From NCBI GenBank assembly GCA_946626595.1, contig CAMOUQ010000001.1, forward strand, positions 65,846 through 129,845: a DNA stretch of 64,000 nt. The letters run 5' to 3'. A program made the position numbers and the translations under genes. This DNA is from an uncultured Prevotellaceae bacterium. Its GTDB lineage: Bacteria > Bacteroidota > Bacteroidia > Bacteroidales > Bacteroidaceae. Shown in pieces: positions 1 to 7,227 of the stretch. Position 1 is the first letter of the stretch, and every line of letters starts with the position of its first letter. Under the pieces are notes generated by a model. That model was given only the letters and a program-made list of their open reading frames with translations. It ran no database searches and was not told the DNA's origin.

Positions 1-410
1 GCGGAGCCTTCGAAAGTGTATTCCGTAGCAGTAGCCGATACAGCCTGTTCCTGTGTGCCAAATGCAACACCATTTACAGTTGCATACAATGAAGCTGATA
101 CGCCGCTTGCGGCAGAAGCATTAACGACAATCTTCGTTATGGTACCAGAAATGCCGTTTGTAGAAAGTTTGATGGCCTGAACTGCTGCATTCTTCGTTCC
201 ATAGTGAATGCCTCTGTCATTATCAAAGTTCGACTCAGTGCCATCGGACTCCACAGTCCATTTTACACCATCGTCGGCAGTACCCGAGCCCTCGCACTTT
301 GCTGTAAACGTAAGCGTGCTGGTCTTCGTTGTATCTGCCCACGCATTACTTGTCCCCACGAGCATGAATGCCAATAGGAGCATCAGTTTAGAAAGTAGTT
401 TTTTTCTCAT
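1..410 (-). CDS. secreted hypothetical protein, N-terminal part only (runs off left edge)
   Basis: Own minus-strand translation from the ATG at 410: MRKKLLSKLMLLLAFMLVGTSNAWADTTKTSTLTFTAKCEGSGTADDGVKW... The frame stays open to position 1. It is absent from the ORF track because no stop lies in the window. Classic signal peptide. Confidence 0.55.
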   Translation of the reverse strand, partial: MRKKLLSKLMLLLAFMLVGTSNAWADTTKTSTLTFTAKCEGSGTADDGVKWTVESDGTESNFDNDRGIHYGTKNAAVQAIKLSTNGISGTITKIVVNASAASGVSASLYATVNGVAFGTQEQAVSATATEYTFEGS

Positions 411-537
411 GTTTGTGTGTATTTGGTTAATATTAAATTGAATTATAGCAAACCATTCATTTTACGCCATTGTTTTCCGGCAGGCGTATAACTATAAATC
501 ACGAAAAGCAGACATGGAACGCCTACTAACAAGGCAA

Positions 538-678
538 CTAAATATACTCCCATAGATTATTCTTTTTATATTTATTTGTCAACAACAACCCCGCCCAAAG
601 CGTAAGAACGACAATAAAAATGCCGGCTAGGTAAATGGTCACTTTAAGAGGTTTTTGCCGGTCTTTTCTCGCATTCAT
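538..678 (-). CDS. 46-aa single-pass membrane protein (inner Met of the 117-aa track ORF)
   Basis: MNARKDRQKPLKVTIYLAGIFIVVLTLWAGLLLTNKYKKNNLWEYI has a basic N-terminus, a 21-residue hydrophobic helix and a basic C-terminus. A TACCTTTG -7 box lies 4 nt upstream of this ATG. Confidence 0.4.
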   Translation of the reverse strand: MNARKDRQKPLKVTIYLAGIFIVVLTLWAGLLLTNKYKKNNLWEYI

Positions 679-682
679 GTTG

Positions 683-690
683 CAAAGGTA
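683..690 (-). promoter_or_regulatory. Bacteroidota -7 promoter box TACCTTTG (TAnnTTTG)
   Basis: The reverse complement of caaaggta is TACCTTTG, followed by CAAC and then the ATG at 678. The expected TSS falls at or next to the A of the ATG, giving a leaderless geometry. Confidence 0.35.
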
Positions 691-787
691 CGCATTATAT
701 TTTGAATTGGCAAGAGATAGATGGGAAAATAAAAAATCCCCCGGCAGCGAAGTGCTGACAGGGGATTGATATGAATGGGAAGATTGA

Positions 788-961
788 TTATTCTTGGGGG
801 CCCTGGCCGGGGATTTCGCCACCGTAACCGGGCTCTTCCTGACTTGCTGCGATGAGAATGCTTTCCTCTTCCTCAACGTCCATGGTCTCAATCATGGGCT
901 GCTGATAAAATTTCTTTTTGGGCAAGCGATCCAGTGCATAACTCGGGAAAAATTTAGACAT
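788..961 (-). CDS. 57-aa acidic small ORF (below the ORF-track size cutoff)
   Basis: Own translation: MSKFFPSYALDRLPKKKFYQQPMIETMDVEEEESILIAASQEEPGYGGEIPGQGPQE. It shares a loose KKxYxxP...IA(A)S..EE..GY pattern with the small ORF at 32754. Confidence 0.3.
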   Translation of the reverse strand: MSKFFPSYALDRLPKKKFYQQPMIETMDVEEEESILIAASQEEPGYGGEIPGQGPQE

Positions 962-1204
962 ATTTTTAGAAATGGCAAAGAAAAAGAATGAAAATTTAAT
1001 AAAAGTATGTTAAAAAAGGGGGATGCAAGGGACGATTCGGAACAGACAATACGTCGACGGGGCTCAATCGACGCGTCGATGGAGCTCAGACAATACTAAG
1101 GTTGGAGCTCAATCGACGTATTGTCTGAGCCCCAACCTAACTACGCCTGCGCACGTACGTGCATACGCGCGAACATTCTTAATATGGGAGGTTATAAGGG
1201 GGAA

Positions 1205-3844
1205 TTATACCGGATCGACGTCGTAGACAATCTGGGCCGAGCGATAGGGCTTCTGCCGGAGGAGGAAGTCGCGCACCTGGCGCAGGCGCCGACGGGCATC
1301 TGCCATGGAGGCCTCGACCTCGACCTTGAGGATGAGCCGACGGATGTAGAGCAACTGGACGCGCGAGACGGCTGGCGTGTCGGGGCCGAGCACACGCTGT
1401 CCAAACTGCCGGCGCAGCAGGGCACCCATGTCGCGGGCCAACTGGTCGACGACGCGCACGTCGCGGTGGCGCAGGGTGACCTCCACCAGGCGCACAAAGG
1501 GCGGATAGTGGAAGGCTTCGCGCTCCTCGAGCTGGTCGCGGTAGAGCCCGGCATAGTCGTTCGTGACGACCTGACGCACGACACTGAGGTCGGGCGACTT
1601 GGTCTGCAGGATGACCAGTCCCTGCCTGTTGCGCCTACCGGCTCGGCCTGCCACCTGGGAGAGCATCTGGAAAGCGTGTTCGTAGCTGCGGAAGTCGGGC
1701 ATGTTGAGCATGGTGTCGGCATTCAGTATGCCTACGACACTGACTCGCTCGAAGTCGAGGCCCTTGGTCACCATCTGGGTGCCGACAAGGATGTCGGTGT
1801 GGCCGTGCTGGAAGTCGAAGAGCAGACGTTCGTAGGCGGTGCGGCTGCGTGTGGTGTCAAGGTCCATGCGAGCCACCCGGGCCTGGGGAAAGAGCTGGGA
1901 GAGTTCTTCCTGTATGCGCTCGGTGCCGTAGCCCACGCCAACGAGTTCGTGGCCTTCGCACTGGGGGCAGCGCTCGGGGATGGGATAGGTGGCACCGCAG
2001 TAGTGACACGTCATGCGTCCGCTTTGTCGGTGGAGGGTGAGCGTGACGTCGCACTGGGTGCAGCGGGGATTCCATCCACAGGTCTGGCACTCCATCTGCG
2101 GGGCATAGCCACGGCGGTTTTGGAAAAGGATAATCTGCTCGCGGCGCTCCAGGGCCTCGCGCATGGCCCGGATGAGGTCGGTGGAGAAGGGGCCGTGCAT
2201 TTCCTTGCGGTGACGGCGGTCGCGGAGGTCGACCACCTCGATGCGGGGCAGCTGCACCTGACCGAAACGCTCCGACAGTGTCACCAGGGCATATCGGCCC
2301 TGCTGGGCGTTGTAGAAGCTCTCGAGGGAGGGCGTAGCCGTACCCAGAAGGGCCTTGGCCCCTACCCTACGGGCCAGGACGAGGGCGACGTTGCGGGCAT
2401 GATAGCGAGGGGCAGGGTCTTGCTGCTTGAAGGAATTTTCGTGTTCCTCGTCCACAATGACCATCCCCAACCTGCGGAAGGGCAGGAAGACACTGCTGCG
2501 CACGCCGACGATGATGTCATAAGGCTCCGCGGAGAGTTGTTTCTGCCAGACCTCAACCCGCTCGGCATCGGGATACTTGGAATGGTAGACGCCGAGCCGC
2601 TCTCCGAAGACACGGCGCAGACGCTCTACCAACTGGGCCGTGAGCACAATCTCGGGCAGCAGGTAGAGCACCTGATGGCCTTGGGCTATCTGGTCCTGGA
2701 TGAGGCGGATGTATATCTCGGTCTTGCCACTGCTGGTGACTCCGTGCAGGAGGCAGATGTCCTGGGTGGCGAAGGCGGTACATATTTCGTCGTAGGCACG
2801 CTGTTGGGCAGTGGAAAAAGCGCTCCCCATCCCAATCCCTCCCCGAGGGGAGGGCGTAGACTCTTCCGTCCCCATAATACGGGACACTTCGCGTTCGTAC
2901 ACCTCCAGCACACCACGCTCGCGCAGACCTTTCAGGGCCGCCTCGCTCTGTCCCTCCATGAGGACGGACTTCTGCAGTTCGACCAGGAGTTGGCGGTTCT
3001 GCAGTGTGAGGGCCGCGGAGGCCTTGGAGAGGTCGAGATAACGCAGCAGGAGGTCGGACTGGCGGGGTGCGCGGCGCAACTCGTCGAAGAGTTGGTTGAG
3101 ACGGTCCTGTGAAAAAAAGGCCTCGGTGAGACGTACGCAGTGGACGATGCGTGGACGGTAGTTCTGCCTCAACTGTTCGTGCATCATCAGTGCCCCCTTC
3201 TCAAGCAGGCTCTTTACGACGGGCAGGACGTTGAGGGACTTCTTGGACGGGCCAAGCGCTTCGCGAATCCCTTGTACCATTTGTGAGGCATCGAGGGCCT
3301 TCTGGAGGTCCTGGACGCGCTGTTCGCGCAGGCGTTCCATGAGGTCGAGCACGTACTGCTCGTTGCGTGTGAATGTCACATCGCTGTCGTAGTCGGGATT
3401 ATATTCCACCAGACTCTCGCTCTCCAACTTCAGTCCGCTGGGCAGCGCGGCCCTGTAGACCTCGCCCAGGGTGCACAGGTAGTAGTCGGCTATCCAATGC
3501 CAGAGCCACAATTGTTCGGGCAACAGCACAGGGGCCGGGTCGAGGACGTCGAGGACAGACTTGAAGACCCCCTCCGACTCCCCCGTGAGGGGGAGAGATT
3601 TGCCACCCCATCCCTCCGACTCCCCCGTGAGGGGGAGAGATTTGACTCCAAATCCTTCCGACTCCCCGTGTACTTTTACCACTATGGCGGAGTAAATCTT
3701 CTTGGCACCAAAGGGGACAATGACTCGACAGCCCACCCGAACGCGGTCTTGCAAGGATTCGGGCAGGCTGTAGGTATAGGTTTCGGCCAGGGGGAGGGGC
3801 AGAACGACGTCTGCTAAAAGAGATAAGCGAAGCGGATGTTCCAT
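1205..3844 (-). CDS. priA: primosomal protein N' / replication restart helicase PriA
   Basis: 879 aa. Walker A GVTSSGKTEIY and DExH-type VIVDEEHE are present. Cys-rich zinc region: CQTCGWNPRCTQCDVTLTLH...CHYCG...CPQC. The C-terminal helicase lobe contains ILVGTQMVTKGLDF and QVAGRAGR. Confidence 0.95.
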   Translation of the reverse strand: MEHPLRLSLLADVVLPLPLAETYTYSLPESLQDRVRVGCRVIVPFGAKKIYSAIVVKVHGESEGFGVKSLPLTGESEGWGGKSLPLTGESEGVFKSVLDVLDPAPVLLPEQLWLWHWIADYYLCTLGEVYRAALPSGLKLESESLVEYNPDYDSDVTFTRNEQYVLDLMERLREQRVQDLQKALDASQMVQGIREALGPSKKSLNVLPVVKSLLEKGALMMHEQLRQNYRPRIVHCVRLTEAFFSQDRLNQLFDELRRAPRQSDLLLRYLDLSKASAALTLQNRQLLVELQKSVLMEGQSEAALKGLRERGVLEVYEREVSRIMGTEESTPSPRGGIGMGSAFSTAQQRAYDEICTAFATQDICLLHGVTSSGKTEIYIRLIQDQIAQGHQVLYLLPEIVLTAQLVERLRRVFGERLGVYHSKYPDAERVEVWQKQLSAEPYDIIVGVRSSVFLPFRRLGMVIVDEEHENSFKQQDPAPRYHARNVALVLARRVGAKALLGTATPSLESFYNAQQGRYALVTLSERFGQVQLPRIEVVDLRDRRHRKEMHGPFSTDLIRAMREALERREQIILFQNRRGYAPQMECQTCGWNPRCTQCDVTLTLHRQSGRMTCHYCGATYPIPERCPQCEGHELVGVGYGTERIQEELSQLFPQARVARMDLDTTRSRTAYERLLFDFQHGHTDILVGTQMVTKGLDFERVSVVGILNADTMLNMPDFRSYEHAFQMLSQVAGRAGRRNRQGLVILQTKSPDLSVVRQVVTNDYAGLYRDQLEEREAFHYPPFVRLVEVTLRHRDVRVVDQLARDMGALLRRQFGQRVLGPDTPAVSRVQLLYIRRLILKVEVEASMADARRRLRQVRDFLLRQKPYRSAQIVYDVDPV
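2837..2854. repeat. 18-bp perfect palindrome inside priA coding sequence
   Basis: ccctccccgaggggaggg, preceded by ccccatccc. It encodes part of STPSPRGGIGMGS in the linker before the helicase Walker A. Confidence 0.85.
3570..3670. repeat. 42-bp in-frame tandem repeat (2.4 copies) inside priA, each unit carrying a hairpin
   Basis: Units start at 3570 and 3612, with a partial unit at 3654. The core is ccctccgactcccccgtgagggggagagatttg. The hairpin ctccccc-gtga-gggggag lies at 3578-3595 and 3620-3637. The protein repeat is GESEG(F/W)G(V/G)KSLPLT. Confidence 0.9.
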
Positions 3845-4464
3845 GTTTGTCCCTGCAGATTGACATTGTTCACCTCGCCCATCTTGCCCAGCGGAATGTT
3901 GTAGTTGAAGGCAAACTGGACATGCTTGGCCACCTCGAAGCCCGCACCGATGTTCCAGTCGAAGAAGGAGTGCTCGAGTTTGCCTATGGAACCTATCTCC
4001 TTCTTATCGAGCAACCAGTTCCACTGCGGACCGGTGAATATCATCAGTCCGAAGGCCGGCACGATGTTCCAGGTATAGCGCAGATTGACGGGGACGACAA
4101 ACATGTGCAACTTCTTGTCCTTGAAGACGCTCTGCTCCTGATATTCCAGTTTGCTCTGGTTGTAGAGCAGGGCTCCGTCCAGACTCAGGTTGGGCATGGG
4201 AATCTTCACTTTGACCTTCGCTCCCAGGAACCATCCCGTATGGTTCTCGGACGAGAACAGTTCGCGGCTGGCAGAGAAGCGACTAAGGTCGAGACCGCCC
4301 TCTACGCCCAGACTCCAGGGTTTCACCTTTGGCGTTGGGGCCGGAACAGGCGATTGGGCATGAAGAGAGAGAATGAGAAAATGAGAGAATGAGAAAATGA
4401 GAAGGTTAAGCGGCTGCGGCAGCCACTTTCCAAAATATCGTCTATGTGCCATAATCTTTTTCAT
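3814..4464 (-). CDS. small outer-membrane beta-barrel protein (porin-family / PorT-like fold; function unknown)
   Basis: 216 aa with a signal peptide ending LHA/QSP. It shows an alternating beta-strand pattern and a C-terminal aromatic signature NIRFAYLF. It lies directly downstream of porN and overlaps the priA start by 31 nt. Confidence 0.75.
   Translation of the reverse strand: MKKIMAHRRYFGKWLPQPLNLLIFSFSHFLILSLHAQSPVPAPTPKVKPWSLGVEGGLDLSRFSASRELFSSENHTGWFLGAKVKVKIPMPNLSLDGALLYNQSKLEYQEQSVFKDKKLHMFVVPVNLRYTWNIVPAFGLMIFTGPQWNWLLDKKEIGSIGKLEHSFFDWNIGAGFEVAKHVQFAFNYNIPLGKMGEVNNVNLQGQTWNIRFAYLF
4363..4405 (+). repeat. (ATGAGARA)n 8-nt-period repeat, plus-strand orientation, inside the OMP signal-peptide coding region
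   Basis: gagaATGagaaaATGagagaATGagaaaATGagaagg, with ATGs at 4373, 4381, 4389 and 4397. Read on the minus strand it encodes LIFSFSHFLILSL. Confidence 0.9.
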
Positions 4465-4512
4465 TTTCTCATTCTCTCATTCTCTCATTTTCTCATTCTC
4501 CCTCACCTTCTC
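4461..4512 (-). repeat. (ATGAGARA)n repeat in mRNA-sense orientation bridging the porN stop to the OMP start
   Basis: Minus-strand ATGs lie at 4496, 4488, 4480, 4472 and 4464 with exact 8-nt spacing. The block is an inverted repeat of 4363-4405. Confidence 0.9.
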
Positions 4513-5576
4513 TGTCGGCGTACGCTGGCAGCAGGAGCACTGCTGCGAGAGGACTTCTCCTTCTTCGTTTTGGCCGAAGAACCGGAATTGGAGCGACGGC
4601 TGCTGGTGGAACCACGCTGCACCTGCTTCTCCTTGGAGGCAGAGTCGGCAGTGGCGCGCTGGCGCTTCACGGCTTTGCCCTTAGGTTCGGCCACGGCCAC
4701 ACTGTCCAGGGTGTCGGGTTTCTCCTGATGGTGCCAAATGTTCTTCTCGAAGTCCTCCAACTGCTGTTCGATGCGCTTCTGCTCGGCCTCCACCTTGGCG
4801 GTGTCGGTCTCGTTGACCAGGATGCGGCCCTGCATGTTGGCGGTCTTGTATATCTTACCTTCGTAACGGTTCATGGTGAAGTAGTCGTCGGCCGTCATGT
4901 TGGTGATATTGTTCAGGTTGGAGGTCATGATGGGCAGGCGGCTCAGGTAGGGAGCAACGTCGTCGTACTTCATCCAGAAGAGCGGTTTGGCGGGTTCGCC
5001 TTCCTCAATGAGTATGGGGCACAGGGCCGTGACCTTGGCCCGGTAGGTGCCGGTGCGCTGGTCGAAGTAGCTGCTCTCCTTGATGTAGTAGCGCGTGACG
5101 TTGGCCGAGGGGATGTCGTTGTCGGCAACGGTTATCTTGCCATCCTTCTCTTCGTAATAGATGTAGTTGCGCTCCAGCACCTCCTTGACATCGGTCACGA
5201 GGTTCTTCTCGGCAAACGACTCGTTACCGTCCAGGTTGTACTTGTAAGCCGGCACCCGCTTGGCCAGGAACAGGCGGAAGATGTAGGTGAAGAGGTTCAC
5301 CTGCTGGTCCGTAGGCTCTACGGGATAGTACAGCGGAGCGTTCTTGTCGGCCAGGAGGTCGAGCTGGCGATAGATGTCGCGGCGCCACACCACGTCCTCG
5401 GGCATCTCTGCACTGGTGGGGAACATGAGCGAGGCACGGTCTGCGGTCTCCTTCTGCTGTGCCGTACCGCGCTTGGCAGCGGCGGTGCTGGTCGTTGTCC
5501 TACGTTTTGTAGGCTGACTCTGTGCAGCGACGTTGAATGTCAAAAGTAAAATTAACAATAAGGCGATGCGCTTCAT
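4503..5576 (-). CDS. porN: T9SS ring protein PorN/GldN
   Basis: 357 aa with a signal peptide. GldN-type core: VVWRRDIYRQLDLLADKNAPLYYPVEP...NLFTYIF. Its position after porM matches the canonical operon. Confidence 0.88.
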   Translation of the reverse strand: MKRIALLLILLLTFNVAAQSQPTKRRTTTSTAAAKRGTAQQKETADRASLMFPTSAEMPEDVVWRRDIYRQLDLLADKNAPLYYPVEPTDQQVNLFTYIFRLFLAKRVPAYKYNLDGNESFAEKNLVTDVKEVLERNYIYYEEKDGKITVADNDIPSANVTRYYIKESSYFDQRTGTYRAKVTALCPILIEEGEPAKPLFWMKYDDVAPYLSRLPIMTSNLNNITNMTADDYFTMNRYEGKIYKTANMQGRILVNETDTAKVEAEQKRIEQQLEDFEKNIWHHQEKPDTLDSVAVAEPKGKAVKRQRATADSASKEKQVQRGSTSSRRSNSGSSAKTKKEKSSRSSAPAASVRRQRR

Positions 5577-5604
5577 ATTATTTTCTATTTACAATTTTCA
5601 ATAT

Positions 5605-7158
5605 TCAATTCACAATCACTTCCATTGCGCTGTTCAGCGTACGTTCGATTCCGTCAGGACCGACGGCGCGGACATGGGTGATGTAGAAGCGTTTGCCGCG
5701 GTTCAGCTGGCGTATCATGTTCTTCTGGCGCAGGGTGAACTCGCTGTTCTGTGAAATTTCGGGCACGGCGTTACCCATGTTGTCGTAGAAGACCATCTCG
5801 AAACCCTTCACCGAGAAGGGGATGTTCAGCAGTCCGTCGTCGATGGCAGCGCCAAGGTTGGTCATGGCCATGAGGTTCTGCTTCGATATCTTGCCGCCCA
5901 GCAAGTGGTCGGTGCCGATGGGGATGTATGCCGTCGGGTCGGGCAACTTGCGCACACGGAAGGTGAACTTGCCCATCTCCTGCACACGGCCTTCGGTCTG
6001 TGCGGCAACGGTCACCACGGCCTCGCCACCCACGTTGGTGGGTCGGGCAATGTACTTGCCGTCGCCCTTCTGCGTGAACGAACCGCCAGTCATGGACACC
6101 TGCAGTCGGTTGCTGGGGATGCCGGGGACGCTGACGCTCATGGGGTTGTCGTAACCAGCGTACAGGACATTCATGATGTCGGCACTGACAGTGGCCGAGG
6201 GCGGAATGACGGTGTACTTCTGCTGGAAGTCGCGACGCACCTTCTCACCGCTACCGTTCAGGGTTTCTATCCAACCCGTCAGGGTGAAGTCGCCCGTCGT
6301 GTTGCAAATGGTCTCATAGAGTCCGTTGCTGCCCTTGATTTCACGGCCGCCCACATAGATGGTGGGACGGTTGGTGGTGTCGACGGCAGCCATGAATATC
6401 TGAGCCGAGAAACGTCCGCCCTGGACGATGGTCTGGGCATTGGGCACCACGTAGGCATTTACCTCGTTGACGCGGATGTCCTTGACGTCGATGTTGCTCA
6501 CCAGGCCGTGCAGCACTTCGCCCTCGGCGTGGCGCACGTCGTTCTGCAACTTGGTCAGGAGGGTGACGGCAGCCGAGGTCGGCATGCTTTCAAACATATA
6601 CTCCTGCCAGTTCTTGCCTTCTATCTTTCCTTTCTGGGGCACCTCGGTGTTCAGGTTGCTCTCGATGATTCGGCGCTGCCCCTTGTCGGTGACCATCTTT
6701 GTGATGCGGTCCCGATAGTTGTTGATGGCATCGTAGAGGTCGCGGCCACGTCCCCGGTTGGGGGCCAGCATGACGCTGCTGGCAGCCTCCAGGTCCTCCT
6801 GGTTGCGGATATTATGGACGTCGCCATTCTTGCCATCGCTCTTCTTGACGATGGCCACCTTCAGTTCCTCGGCCAGGTTGTACAGCGAGTCGCTTATCTG
6901 ACGGACATACTGGGCCTTGTCGTACCACTGCTTGACCTTGGTGGGGTTGGCCTTCATCTGCTCTTCGAAGTTCTTGTAGATACCCTCGTTGGTCTGAATG
7001 GCATTCTGCGTAGCCAGCTCGATGCCGTCGGACACGATGGTGAAACCCTTCAGCACGTCGCTGCTGACATTCAGGGCCAGCATGGCCATCAGCACGACGT
7101 ACATCAGATTTATCATCTTCTGACGCGGAGAGACTTTCTTTTTCTTTATTTGAGCCAT
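5605..7158 (-). CDS. porM: T9SS motor/periplasmic shaft protein PorM/GldM
   Basis: 517 aa. The N-terminus PRQKMINLMYVVLMAMLALNVSSDVL is the conserved GldM TM segment. Confidence 0.92.
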   Translation of the reverse strand: MAQIKKKKVSPRQKMINLMYVVLMAMLALNVSSDVLKGFTIVSDGIELATQNAIQTNEGIYKNFEEQMKANPTKVKQWYDKAQYVRQISDSLYNLAEELKVAIVKKSDGKNGDVHNIRNQEDLEAASSVMLAPNRGRGRDLYDAINNYRDRITKMVTDKGQRRIIESNLNTEVPQKGKIEGKNWQEYMFESMPTSAAVTLLTKLQNDVRHAEGEVLHGLVSNIDVKDIRVNEVNAYVVPNAQTIVQGGRFSAQIFMAAVDTTNRPTIYVGGREIKGSNGLYETICNTTGDFTLTGWIETLNGSGEKVRRDFQQKYTVIPPSATVSADIMNVLYAGYDNPMSVSVPGIPSNRLQVSMTGGSFTQKGDGKYIARPTNVGGEAVVTVAAQTEGRVQEMGKFTFRVRKLPDPTAYIPIGTDHLLGGKISKQNLMAMTNLGAAIDDGLLNIPFSVKGFEMVFYDNMGNAVPEISQNSEFTLRQKNMIRQLNRGKRFYITHVRAVGPDGIERTLNSAMEVIVN

Positions 7159-7170
7159 TTGTTTCTTTTT

Positions 7171-7227
7171 TTAGGGTTGCCTAGGATTGCCTGGGATTAC
7201 CTAGGAATGCATAGGAATGCCTAGGAC
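7171..7227. repeat. 10-bp tandem repeat x ~6 in the porL-porM junction
   Basis: ttagggttgc/ctaggattgc/ctgggattac/ctaggaatgc/ataggaatgc/ctaggac. The last unit contains the porL stop codon (TAG, 7221-7223). Confidence 0.9.

Noticed and set aside
1121-3112. Long antisense ORFs opposite real genes. Examples: 1121-3112 (+, 663 aa, opposite priA), 5905-7224 (+), 8219-9619 (+), 10915-12078 (-), 13575-15074 (-), 30500-32755 (-, 751 aa), 44838-46841 (+), 50521-51771 (+) and 19256-20869 (+).
   Set aside because: Each lies fully inside a gene with clear family motifs on the other strand or frame. Their translations are low-complexity (G/V/A/H/D/R-rich) with no recognisable motifs. This is typical of stop-poor alternative frames in GC-rich coding DNA.
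3814-3844. The 31-nt overlap of the priA start with the OMP 3' end as evidence for a mis-called priA start.
   Set aside because: The N-terminus from the ATG at 3844 (…LLADVVLPLPLAETYTYSLP…) already matches the conserved PriA start, and no closer in-frame ATG preserves it.
4363-4512. Whether the short tandem repeats (here and at 7171, 9669, 40071 and 54711) could be a CRISPR array.
   Set aside because: The periods are 7-10 bp with no unique spacers, the arrays are under 60 bp, and there are no cas genes. These are microsatellite-like arrays, not CRISPR.
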